From contig JBQTJP010000181.1 in NCBI GenBank assembly GCA_052386995.1, forward strand, positions 1 to 27,242: a DNA stretch of 27,242 bases, given 5' to 3'. This DNA is from Armatimonadota bacterium. Its GTDB lineage: Bacteria; Sysuimicrobiota; Sysuimicrobiia; Sysuimicrobiales; Humicultoraceae. The notes beneath the pieces are model-generated. The model worked only from the letters and a program-made list of their open reading frames with translations. It made no database searches and was not told the origin of the DNA. How positions within the stretch are numbered: the first letter of the stretch is position 1; every line of letters starts with the position of its first letter. Below, one piece after another: positions 17,449 to 27,242 of this stretch. The translations under genes were made by a program, and so were the position numbers.

Positions 17449-18020
17449 AGGCTGTCCTCCTCTGGCTCGGCGCCCCGCGTGGCTGCGCCCGCTGGGGTGC
17501 CGAGGACGGCTGCGCCTTTCGCGCCCGTGCCGGACCCAGCCGCGTGTGGCCCGGAGTGGAGGTTTTCCAGCGCGGTCTGCGCCCGCTTGACGATCTCGCG
17601 TGTTTCCTTGTACTTGATGCGGGCCAGCGCTTCGCCGGGAGTGACCCATTCCGCGGCGACGAATCCTTCTTCGCGCTGCGGCTGGGCTTCCTCGCCCCCG
17701 AGAAATTCGAGCAAGAAGTAGTGGACGGTCTTGTCGTAGAACGTGTCCTCGGTCTTCCAGAAAAAGGAGTAGCGCTCCTGACCAAGATCGGTGAGCACGC
17801 GCACGTTGCTCAGGCCGGTCTCCTCGCGGACCTCACGCAGCGCGACACTTTCCGGCGTCTCCCCGGATTCGATCGTCCCTTTGGGCAGCATCCATTTGCC
17901 GCCCTCATGCTGCAGCACCAGCAGCTCCACCCCTCCGGAGTCGCCGTTGCGCCGGAATACGACTCCGCCGGCGCTGTGCGCGCGCTTTATCAGTTTCCGC
18001 CGTCTGGTTGGTCTCCCCAC
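17445..18020 (-). CDS. Nudix hydrolase (Ap4A hydrolase-like)
   Basis: SAGGVV, Nudix box PKGTIESGETPESVALREVREETGL, KTVHYFL; start GTG 18020 with SD GGAG. Confidence 0.9.
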   Translation of the reverse strand: MGRPTRRRKLIKRAHSAGGVVFRRNGDSGGVELLVLQHEGGKWMLPKGTIESGETPESVALREVREETGLSNVRVLTDLGQERYSFFWKTEDTFYDKTVHYFLLEFLGGEEAQPQREEGFVAAEWVTPGEALARIKYKETREIVKRAQTALENLHSGPHAAGSGTGAKGAAVLGTPAGAATRGAEPEEDSL

Positions 18021-18111
18021 CTGTCCATCTCCATCGGCGCGGACAAGATCAGAGCCCGGCGTCGGACCCGGGCTCTGGCACTCATCCGCGCGCGGCCGCG
18101 TCGCGCGACAT

Positions 18112-18288
18112 TCATCGCCGCCGCCTCTTCGCGCTCCGGGCGATCTTGCGCCGGCGCTTCTGCCCTGGGGTCTCATAGTGCTCGTGCCGCTTCGCTTCCG
18201 AAAGAATACCCGATCGCTTCACCTGGCGCTTGAAACGCCGCAGCGCCGAATCTAGGCTCTCATCCTTGCCCACGCGAATCTCGGCCAT
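18112..18288 (-). CDS. rpsU: 30S ribosomal protein S21
   Basis: MAEIRVGKDESLDSALRRFKRQVKRSGILSEAKRHEHYETPGQKRRRK; SD GGAGG. Confidence 0.96.
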   Translation of the reverse strand: MAEIRVGKDESLDSALRRFKRQVKRSGILSEAKRHEHYETPGQKRRRKIARSAKRRRR

Positions 18289-18484
18289 GTGCCCTCCACC
18301 CCCTTTCGCTTCCGGACCGGCCCCGGACGACCGGGATGCGGCCGGCCTCATACGAAGGTTGCTCATGAACACAACGAGCAGGCTCCTCGGCACCGCTGTT
18401 GAGGAACCCGCCGCCCTAACGACCGCGCGGCCTGGATTCCAGACCGCTCGCATCTGTGCTCTGGCAGGCCGTACGAACGATGCG

Positions 18485-18514
18485 ATTATACACCAGCAGA
18501 AATCAGGGTGTCAA
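18485..18514 (-). promoter_or_regulatory. Sigma70 promoter of the rpsU operon
   Basis: TTGACA-N18-TATAAT, both hexamers perfect. Confidence 0.85.
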
Positions 18515-18592
18515 AGAGGCATGCCGACGCCCGATGCACGCGTTACACTTGAATGGCGGATCGGTACACAACGATGAAACGCGGAGGCCGGC

Positions 18593-19762
18593 ATGGGGGA
18601 CGTTGTTATTCTCAGCGCGGTACGGACGCCGATCGGCCGGTTCATGGGCGGCCTCGCCGGCCACCCGGCTCCGCGCCTGGGCGGCCGTGTCATTGCCGAA
18701 GCGATCCGCCGAGCCGGTGTGGCACCGGATGAGATCAGCGAGGTCATCATGGGCAACGTGCTCACGGCCGGGCTTGGCCAGGCCCCCGCGCGGCAGGCGG
18801 CGCTGGCGGCCGGACTCCCGGATTCCGTGCCGGCCACGACGGTCAACAAGATGTGCGGGTCAGGCTTGAAAGCCGTCATGCTTGGCGCGCAGGCGATCCA
18901 GGCCGGCGACGCGGAGATCGTTGCGGCCGGCGGCATGGAGAACATGAGCGCGGCGCCCTTCCTGGCGGAGAGGGTGCGCACGGGATACCGCCTGGGCGAC
19001 GGCACTCTGGTGGACGTCATCCTGCGCGATGGCCTCATCGACGCCTACCACCAGATCCACATGGGAAACTGCGCGGAGATTCTCGCCCGCGCCTATCAGA
19101 TCTCGCGTGAGGCGCAAGACGAGTTCGCCCGCGCCAGTTACCGGCGGGCTCTGGACGCCATGGATGCCGGCGCCTTCGCCCCGGAAATCCTGCCGGTGGC
19201 CGCCGACGGTGCGGCGCCGGTGACCGAGGACGAGGAGCCCCGCCGGGTGATCTTCGAGAAGATCGGATCTCTGTCACCCGCCTTCGAAGAGGGCGGCACC
19301 GTGACAGCGGCAAACGCCAGCAGCATAAGCGACGGCGCGGCCGCGGTCGTGCTGTCCTCGGCAGAGGCCGCCGCGTGCCTGGGCCGTCGGCCGCTCGCTC
19401 GGATCGTCGGCCAGGCCGGCGCGGCCATGGCTCCCGAATGGTTCACGATTGCTCCCGCGGAGGCCACTCGGCGCCTTCTGGGGCGCGTCGGCTGGACGAC
19501 ACACGACGTGGACCTCTTCGAGATCAATGAGGCCTTCGCCGCGGTGGTCCTGGGGGTCGCGCGTGATCTGGGCATCGAGATGGATCGCGTAAACATCCGC
19601 GGCGGCGCCGTCGCCATGGGGCATCCGATCGGCGCCAGTGGGGCACGGATCCTGACGACCCTCCTCCATGCGATGGAGGCTCGATCGGCCAGACGCGGGG
19701 TGGCAGCCATCTGCCTGGCGGGGGGCGAAGCCGTCGCCGTGGCCGTTGAGCGGGCCTCCTGA
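18593..19762 (+). CDS. Acetyl-CoA C-acetyltransferase (thiolase)
   Basis: SAVRTPIG, NKMCGSG, NEAFA, GHPIGASG, C-terminal CLAGG. Confidence 0.95.
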   Translation: MGDVVILSAVRTPIGRFMGGLAGHPAPRLGGRVIAEAIRRAGVAPDEISEVIMGNVLTAGLGQAPARQAALAAGLPDSVPATTVNKMCGSGLKAVMLGAQAIQAGDAEIVAAGGMENMSAAPFLAERVRTGYRLGDGTLVDVILRDGLIDAYHQIHMGNCAEILARAYQISREAQDEFARASYRRALDAMDAGAFAPEILPVAADGAAPVTEDEEPRRVIFEKIGSLSPAFEEGGTVTAANASSISDGAAAVVLSSAEAAACLGRRPLARIVGQAGAAMAPEWFTIAPAEATRRLLGRVGWTTHDVDLFEINEAFAAVVLGVARDLGIEMDRVNIRGGAVAMGHPIGASGARILTTLLHAMEARSARRGVAAICLAGGEAVAVAVERAS

Positions 19763-19802
19763 CCGCCCGGCCTCCCACACTCTCGCGACTCACACTGACT
19801 CG

Positions 19803-19831
19803 TTGACGGCGGGCCGGGGTATCCCTATAAT
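19803..19831 (+). promoter_or_regulatory. Sigma70 promoter with no downstream sense CDS
   Basis: TTGACG-N17-TATAAT. Confidence 0.8.
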
Positions 19832-19835
19832 GAAG

Positions 19836-20015
19836 ATCCGTCTCAAGCGGGAGTCGTAGGAAAACCGCACGGTCCGGCCGACACAAGCTCGCGCCGAACG
19901 GTTTGGACCCAAGCGCGGCAGACTTCTCGCGAGGACGGGTGGCGGTACGGTCGCGTCAGCCAGAGGGGATGGGATTCTTCCCGACTCAGCTGGCGGCGGC
20001 CGTACCCGTTTTTTT
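19836..20015 (+). ncRNA. Stand-alone structured RNA of ~180 nt (identity uncertain, possibly 6S RNA)
   Basis: Bounded by a consensus promoter and a hairpin + T7; extensive self-complementarity; no credible ORF. Confidence 0.55.
19944..20015 (+). terminator. Intrinsic terminator
   Basis: GGTACGGTCGC..GCGGCCGTACC stem followed by CGTTTTTTT. Confidence 0.7.
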
Positions 20016-20023
20016 AGGGACCG

Positions 20024-20746
20024 CTACGGATTCGCGGGCGGGCGGGAGTGGCGGAAGTACCCGGTCGTCGCGCGCGCGGGGAGCCGCAGCCGCTGGTAGG
20101 GTTGGATGACGACGCGAAGTCCGACGGCCCTCAACCCCTCGACGAAACCACCACGAATGGCAAGAGCCGCCTGTAAGACCTCCGGATCGCCGATCGCATC
20201 GATACGGTACGGCGGGAGGAAGCGCCCGCCTTCGATCACGAGCCCACTTTCGGCCTGCCGCATCCCGGTCGTCGCTAGAATTCGATGGCCATTGATGGCC
20301 ATGGCTTCCGCACCCGCGGACCAGAGCTCATTGGTCAAGCCCGAAAGATCCTGCGCTTCCAGCAGCGTTGGGACGACGCCCACCGGCCGGCCCGGGAGAC
20401 CCTCAAAGACGGTCACGCTCACGCCGGGTCCCTCCACCGCCACCTGCCCCAGGGCAAGCCGATACTGCGCAAGTTCCTTGGCCATCGCCTGCGAAAGACC
20501 GCGGCCTTCGACCAGCGCGACCTCGTAGTCGCGCGCTTTGCGGCGCAGCGCGTCCACTTCGGCCTCGAGGAGTCGGCGCGCCTCCTCCTGCTGCCTGACC
20601 AGAACCGCCAGTTCCTGCAGGCGCCACGACGGGAGCTCAGAGGCCTGCCGGAGGGGCTCCTGGCTGCGGAGATGCGCGGCCACGAGGAATCCCACCGCCA
20701 CGAGGAAGAGCGCCACCGCGCCCTGCCAGCGCTCAGGAAATCGCAT
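20024..20746 (-). CDS. DUF881 family protein
   Basis: N-terminal TM, coiled coil, VEGPGVSVTV, QDL..LTNELWSAGAEAMAINGHRI, PPYRIDAIGDP; start may extend to 20764. Confidence 0.9.
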   Translation of the reverse strand: MRFPERWQGAVALFLVAVGFLVAAHLRSQEPLRQASELPSWRLQELAVLVRQQEEARRLLEAEVDALRRKARDYEVALVEGRGLSQAMAKELAQYRLALGQVAVEGPGVSVTVFEGLPGRPVGVVPTLLEAQDLSGLTNELWSAGAEAMAINGHRILATTGMRQAESGLVIEGGRFLPPYRIDAIGDPEVLQAALAIRGGFVEGLRAVGLRVVIQPYQRLRLPARATTGYFRHSRPPANP

Positions 20747-20825
20747 CAAAGCCCAGTATAGCACCGGTGAGCCCGGGCCCGGTTGGGAGGCCGGCCCGTA
20801 GTCGAAATCGATTTTCCCTCTTGAT

Positions 20826-20854
20826 TTGCATGAGGCAGACGTGAAGAATAGAGT
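20826..20854 (+). promoter_or_regulatory. Sigma70-type promoter of groEL
   Basis: TTGCAT-N17-TAGAGT just upstream of CIRCE. Confidence 0.55.
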
Positions 20855-20861
20855 CGTTGAC

Positions 20862-20888
20862 CTAGCACTCTCGGCCAGAGAGTGCTAA
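20862..20888 (+). promoter_or_regulatory. CIRCE element (HrcA operator)
   Basis: CTAGCACTC-N9-GAGTGCTAA, one mismatch to TTAGCACTC-N9-GAGTGCTAA. Confidence 0.96.
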
Positions 20889-22550
<1,662 letters not shown>

Positions 22551-22583
22551 CCCGCACCGCGAGGCATCTCTTGTTCGACCTGG

Positions 22584-22611
22584 GGAGCCCCGGATATGTC
22601 CGGGGCTCCTT
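22584..22611 (+). terminator. Terminator hairpin after groEL
   Basis: GGAGCCCCGGA-TATG-TCCGGGGCTCC-TT. Confidence 0.7.
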
Positions 22612-22698
22612 CAATTAGCGGGCAGGCGTGCCGGTCTTCGGCTGGAGGTATAATGAGCCAGAGAGTGTGCCTTTTGCCGCAACGTCTTGGGAGGCATC

Positions 22699-24453
22699 AT
22701 GATCCGGGTTGGCCTCGCGCAGATCAACACCGTGGTCGGAGACATCGAGGGCAATGTCGACCGGATGCGCTCCGTCCTCGACCGCGCCCGGACGATGGGC
22801 GTTGACCTGGCCGCCTTCCCCGAGCTGGCCGTCACCGGCTATCCCCCGGAGGATCTGCTGCTCAAGCCCGACTTCATTCGGGCCAACCTGGCGGCGCTCG
22901 ACCGCATGGTCCCCGCGACGGCGGGCCTGGCGGCGGTCGTCGGGTTCGTCGACGCGGACGATCACCTCTACAATGCTGCCGCCCTCATAGTCGACGGCCG
23001 GCGGGCAGGAACCTACCGCAAGCAGCGGCTGCCGAACTATGGCGTGTTTGACGAGAGGCGCTACTTCCATCCGGGCGAGGCCTGCCCGGTCTTCATGCTC
23101 AACGGAGTGCCGGTGGGCATCACGATCTGCGAGGATATCTGGTTGCCCGGGGGCCCGCCGCAGGCCGTGACCAGCGCCGGGGCCGTGCTGCTGGTCAACA
23201 TCAACGCCTCCCCCTACCATGCCGGTAAGTGGCGCGAGCGCGAGCAGATGCTGCGGACCCGCGCCCAGGACTACACCGCCGTCGTCGCGTACGTCAACCT
23301 GGTCGGCGGTCAGGATGAGCTGGTCTTCGACGGAACAAGCGTCGTGCTCGACCACGCCGGAGCCGTCCTGGCCCGAGGCGCGCAGTTCGAAGAAGAGCTC
23401 ATCGTCTGTGACATCGACACCGACGCGGTCCGCCGCGTGCGGCTTCAGAGGCCCGTTCGCGCGGCCGACCTGACCGTGGAGCGCGAGATCGCGACGCCGA
23501 CGGTCACCGTGACGGCGCGCGCCGTGCGGCATCGCCCATCGGCGCCGCCGCACGTGGTGCAACCACTCGCCCCTGCGGAAGAAGTCTACCAGGCCCTCAC
23601 GCTCGGTCTGCGCGACTACGTGACCAAGAACCGGTTCAAGGACGTGGTCGTCGGGCTGTCGGGCGGAATCGATTCCGCGCTGGTCACCACGATCGCCGCC
23701 GATGCGTTGGGGCGCGAGCGGGTTCACGTCGCATTTCTCCCCTCTCCGTACACGTCGGAGGAGAGTCGACGCCTGTCCGGACAGCTCGCGGCAAACCTCG
23801 GGCTCTCGATGATCGACAGTCCGATCGGGACGATCTTCCAGGCCTTTCTCGACGGCCTGGCGCCGGTATTCGCGGGGCGGCCCGCCGACGTCGCTGAGGA
23901 GAACCTGCAGGCGCGCATCCGCGGCACGCTGTTGATGGCGCTGTCGAACAAATTCGGCTGGCTGCTGCTGGCCACCGGCAACAAGAGTGAGTACTCCTGC
24001 GGGTACGCGACGCTCTACGGCGACATGGCCGGCGGGTTCGCGCTCCTCAAAGACGTCCCCAAGACACTCGTGTACGAGCTGGCGCGATGGCGCAACGCGC
24101 GCGGCGAGGTGATCCCTGCCGGCGTGCTGCAGCGCGCGCCGACGGCCGAACTGCGGCCGGGGCAGCGCGACACGGACAGCCTGCCACCGTATGACATCCT
24201 CGATCCGATTCTCAAGCTCTACGTGGAGGAAGACGTTCCGGCCGAAGAGATTATCGCCCGCGGATTCGACCGCGAGATCGTGGCACGCGTCGTCACGATG
24301 GTCGACCGAAGCGAGTACAAGCGCCGCCAGGCCCCACCCGGCGTCAAGATCACCCCGAAGGCGTTCGGGCGCGACCGGCGTCTGCCGATCACCAACCAGT
24401 ATCCGAGCGTCCCTGCCACCGCACCCGCGCCAGCATCGCCGCGGAAAGCCTAG
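22699..24453 (+). CDS. nadE: Glutamine-dependent NAD+ synthetase
   Basis: Nitrilase domain (FPEL, LPNYGVFDE, ICEDIW) fused to synthetase domain (GLSGGIDS, ENLQARIR, TGNKSE); SD GGGAGG before ATG 22699. Confidence 0.97.
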   Translation: MIRVGLAQINTVVGDIEGNVDRMRSVLDRARTMGVDLAAFPELAVTGYPPEDLLLKPDFIRANLAALDRMVPATAGLAAVVGFVDADDHLYNAAALIVDGRRAGTYRKQRLPNYGVFDERRYFHPGEACPVFMLNGVPVGITICEDIWLPGGPPQAVTSAGAVLLVNINASPYHAGKWREREQMLRTRAQDYTAVVAYVNLVGGQDELVFDGTSVVLDHAGAVLARGAQFEEELIVCDIDTDAVRRVRLQRPVRAADLTVEREIATPTVTVTARAVRHRPSAPPHVVQPLAPAEEVYQALTLGLRDYVTKNRFKDVVVGLSGGIDSALVTTIAADALGRERVHVAFLPSPYTSEESRRLSGQLAANLGLSMIDSPIGTIFQAFLDGLAPVFAGRPADVAEENLQARIRGTLLMALSNKFGWLLLATGNKSEYSCGYATLYGDMAGGFALLKDVPKTLVYELARWRNARGEVIPAGVLQRAPTAELRPGQRDTDSLPPYDILDPILKLYVEEDVPAEEIIARGFDREIVARVVTMVDRSEYKRRQAPPGVKITPKAFGRDRRLPITNQYPSVPATAPAPASPRKA

Positions 24454-24681
24454 GCCGCCGCAGAAACGAACCGCGAGGTCCGCCTCCAGGCAGCCTCCTG
24501 CTGCGCTCGCCTACGGAATGGAGGACTTTCCCGCCAGGTCCAGAACCGCTTGCCTAGTTCCCAGAACGTTTCCGGCCAAAACTCCATCCACTATCAAAGC
24601 ATCCTTGCTGCGCTGCAACCACGGCGAAGGGAGGTGAAGCGAACGAGTTCGAACGATACCTATCTCAGGAGGAGGACGCCT

Positions 24682-26439
24682 ATGCGAACCTGGGGCCTGT
24701 ATAGGGGACAGGTCCTCGTGATTCTCGTCATTTTGGTCATCGCCAGCCCACTACTACCGGGGCAACCTCTGACGCCCTCCCAGGGGGCGCAGTCAAAGGA
24801 TCAGTTCAAGACCCTCACCATCCCACCGCCGGGCAATGAGGCCCGGCGTGCCAGGGCCGCGATCGAAGGGCTTGGAGAAACCGTGAGGTCCGCTGCAACC
24901 GGTGCCAGGCGCAACGTTCAGGTGAGCAAGAACCAGAGCCCGGGAGATGCCCTGCGAACCGGCGCTAGCGAAACAACCATCGCGGGCGCCGCGGGAGGAA
25001 GGCTTCTTGTCGCAGGATGGAATGATGGCGAGGGTTTCGCGTTTGGTCCGTTCGTTCCGGATCAACCCCCCCTGGGACTGTCCGGTTATGGATTCTCGAG
25101 CGACCGCGGGCGTACGTGGACCGACGCGGGGGCGCCGGGGTTCGGGAACGTCATCGGTTTCGGACCCGGGACGAGGGGCCGGAGCCGCACCGGGGAGTAC
25201 ATCACTCGGGGCGACCCGTGGCTGGACTCGAGCGGCACTCCGGGGAACGAAGTCTTCTTCTATGCCAACCTCGCCATTTGGACCGATGACGCCGCCTTGC
25301 CGCCAGCCGGGGTGAGCGTCCACTTCGGCCGCTTTACGGGCCCGCGCTTCGATTGGTTCCATGCCGAGCTGGTGCAGTCTCCCAACTACCCCGGGGACTT
25401 CCTCGACAAGGAAGCGATGGCGGTGGATGATAAGAAGACCGTGTTCGTCACGGTCACGAACTTCATCGAGCTCTGCAAGGAGCCGTTCTTCGGCTTCGGG
25501 CAGATCGAGCTCTACCGACGCTCGGCGGCCGGCTGGGCGCGCAGGATCATTCAGCCGGACGAATCCTTGATCACCGATCCGGCCAATCCGCGCTGCGGAC
25601 TGGATGGGATCGTCAATCAGGGCTCGGCTCCGGCGGTCGGGCCCAAGGGTGAGCTCTACGTCGCATGGGAGCGCGGGTGGTTCTCGCCCCTGTTCGGCGG
25701 CCCCCTCCCGCGGGCCACGATCGCCTTCAAGAGCTCAACCAATCAGGGAAACACGTTTGGACCGCTCCGGACGGTGCGATCCATCTGCTCGAACCTCCTG
25801 AATCCACCGGCAGGGTACAATCGCACTACCAACAACGACTTCCCGCGGATCGCGGTCGCCCACAAGGGCCGCTTCACGGGGAGGATCTACATCACGTTTC
25901 AGGACTGCAGCGCGGCCCATGGCGCCGCGCCCTTTGGCCTGGACACCGACGTCTATGTGAGCTTCTCGGACAACGGAGGGGATACGTGGAGCACCCCGGT
26001 TCCCCTTCATAAGCGTGCGGACGGAAAGATTCAATTCTGGCCTGTCGTGAGCGTGGACAAGGCGGGCATCGTACATGTGGCGTACTATGAGAGCCTGGAG
26101 AAAAACGTGACACCGGACCCCACGGACTTTGAGTGCCAGGTGCGCATCGCCGGGCCTCTTGACAACCCAACCTTGAGGCGCAGCCGGGTCAGTTCGCTGG
26201 TCGATGTCATTAAGGTCCGTTCCCGCGACGGTGGCGCGACCTGGTCTGAGCCGGCCCGGGTGACCACCGAGACGACCAACTGGTGCAAAGCCACCCCCAT
26301 CAACAGCATCATTCCGAACTTTGGCGACTACATCGACAGCCGGAGTATCGATCGAAAGACGCACACGACGTGGGCAGATGGGCGCAACGGCGGCCGGATC
26401 GATCACATCCCGACCACCTGGTACGCGACGCATCGCTGA
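24682..26439 (+). CDS. Secreted BNR/Asp-box repeat (sialidase-like beta-propeller) protein
   Basis: Signal peptide; Asp-boxes SSDRGRTW, STNQGNTF, SDNGGDTW, SRDGGATW; GDY C-terminal motif; SD AGGAGGAGG. Confidence 0.85.
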   Translation: MRTWGLYRGQVLVILVILVIASPLLPGQPLTPSQGAQSKDQFKTLTIPPPGNEARRARAAIEGLGETVRSAATGARRNVQVSKNQSPGDALRTGASETTIAGAAGGRLLVAGWNDGEGFAFGPFVPDQPPLGLSGYGFSSDRGRTWTDAGAPGFGNVIGFGPGTRGRSRTGEYITRGDPWLDSSGTPGNEVFFYANLAIWTDDAALPPAGVSVHFGRFTGPRFDWFHAELVQSPNYPGDFLDKEAMAVDDKKTVFVTVTNFIELCKEPFFGFGQIELYRRSAAGWARRIIQPDESLITDPANPRCGLDGIVNQGSAPAVGPKGELYVAWERGWFSPLFGGPLPRATIAFKSSTNQGNTFGPLRTVRSICSNLLNPPAGYNRTTNNDFPRIAVAHKGRFTGRIYITFQDCSAAHGAAPFGLDTDVYVSFSDNGGDTWSTPVPLHKRADGKIQFWPVVSVDKAGIVHVAYYESLEKNVTPDPTDFECQVRIAGPLDNPTLRRSRVSSLVDVIKVRSRDGGATWSEPARVTTETTNWCKATPINSIIPNFGDYIDSRSIDRKTHTTWADGRNGGRIDHIPTTWYATHR

Positions 26440-26458
26440 CCGTTCCGCGTGCAGCACC

Positions 26459-26493
26459 GTTCCGGGAGGGGTCCCCCCCTCCCGGAACTTTCT
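26459..26493 (+). terminator. Intrinsic terminator
   Basis: GTTCCGGGAGGGG-TCC-CCCCTCCCGGAAC-TTTCT. Confidence 0.75.
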
Positions 26494-26524
26494 CTGTGGC
26501 CTCACCGTCTGATGGAGTAAGAAG

Positions 26525-27043
26525 ATGAACCTGCGGATTAGCGTAGCATGGGTCGTCGTCGCTTTGCTGTCAATGAGCCTGGCACCGGGGTACGCGCGTG
26601 CTCAGGGCCCGGATCTCCCACCGATCCCCCGGTTGTCCGGCATCTGCCAACTGGGCGATGGTCCACAGCGGGAATGGATCAGCTCTACCCTCCAGTCCCT
26701 GGGTGTTCGTGTGAGCCATCCCCCAGACTGGTCGGCGCGGGAGGTCACCCATCGGCGATTCGAACTTGTCGGCAGTGGCGCCACCGCGCGGCTCTGGGCA
26801 GTGGACACCGGAGGGCTCGCGCCCGCAACGTGGTTACAGCGGAACGATCGCACCCTTGGAACAGGACGCTGCCAGTCGGTGGTGTTGGGAGGCTCAAACG
26901 GGCGTCAGTGTTTTGATCCAACCACCGGTACGTGGACGACCTTCCTGATTGCGGCTCAGCGAGTGATCGCTGTTGCCGTGCCGAGCACGCTCTCCAGGGA
27001 GCTTCACTGCGGGATCCTGATGAGCGTGCGCGAGAAGTCCTGA
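26525..27043 (+). CDS. Hypothetical secreted protein
   Basis: Signal peptide ending ARA, SD GGAG, four Cys, GVRVSHPPDW motif loosely like PsbP-fold proteins. Confidence 0.65.
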   Translation: MNLRISVAWVVVALLSMSLAPGYARAQGPDLPPIPRLSGICQLGDGPQREWISSTLQSLGVRVSHPPDWSAREVTHRRFELVGSGATARLWAVDTGGLAPATWLQRNDRTLGTGRCQSVVLGGSNGRQCFDPTTGTWTTFLIAAQRVIAVAVPSTLSRELHCGILMSVREKS

Positions 27044-27051
27044 CAGAGTCC

Positions 27052-27242
27052 TCAGTCCGATCGCGCCGCCCGGCCCGGGAGTCCTGCGCGAGCGGGCGCA
27101 GGCGGTTCCAGCACGAACCGGGTGATCAGGTCGGTGGTGCGATCGCCCGACGTGCCTATGGCCTGCACCAGTTCGAAGTGCCCGCGTTTCTCGATCACCT
27201 CGAAGGTCGCCGGGAGTCGCTTCTTGCGTACCGCATCAACGA
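27052..27242 (-). CDS. C-terminal fragment of a probable alpha/beta hydrolase (truncated by window edge)
   Basis: Minus-frame translation VDAVRKKRLPATFEVIEKRGHFELVQAIGTSGDRTTDLITRFV..SD*; GHF resembles a catalytic-His region. Confidence 0.5.
   Translation of the reverse strand, partial: VDAVRKKRLPATFEVIEKRGHFELVQAIGTSGDRTTDLITRFVLEPPAPARAGLPGRAARSD

Noticed and set aside
19830..19859. Short ORF MKIRLKRES as a leader peptide
   Set aside because: Its ATG overlaps the -10 hexamer, upstream of the predicted start site, and has no SD
19836..20015. T-box riboswitch or SRP RNA identity
   Set aside because: No GGTGGNACCGCG T-box sequence, no downstream sense gene, and no SRP GGAAGGAAGCAGC-type motif
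24627..24640. Strong SD-like AAGGGAGGTGAA suggesting a small peptide gene
   Set aside because: No start codon at a suitable spacing downstream

Overview
High-GC bacterial chromosomal window. The right two-thirds is mostly housekeeping: rpsU-Nudix-class III aminotransferase-alaS-yqgF/ruvX-DUF1292-mltG-yqeG on the minus strand, then a thiolase, a DUF881 protein, a CIRCE-controlled groEL with no adjacent groES, glutamine-dependent nadE, a secreted Asp-box protein and partial edge genes. The left ~11 kb looks like one coherent c-di-GMP signalling locus. It holds two c-di-GMP-I (GEMM) riboswitches with terminators, one ahead of a SigB/SigF-like sigma factor plus a roadblock/LC7 gene and one ahead of an operon of two orphan solute-binding proteins, a polytopic membrane protein and two related uncharacterised proteins. 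Upstream of both riboswitch leaders is the same GTCTAG-N14-GGGYA motif, which resembles a SigB-type promoter. Nearby are a second roadblock gene coupled to a TPR-lytic transglycosylase, a degenerate GGDEF protein that keeps its RxxD site, a membrane GAF-HD-GYP protein and a convergent PilB/GspE ATPase. A separate ~180-nt RNA with its own promoter and terminator (possibly 6S-like) lies at 19836-20015. All calls were made by eye; no database searches or folding programs were run.
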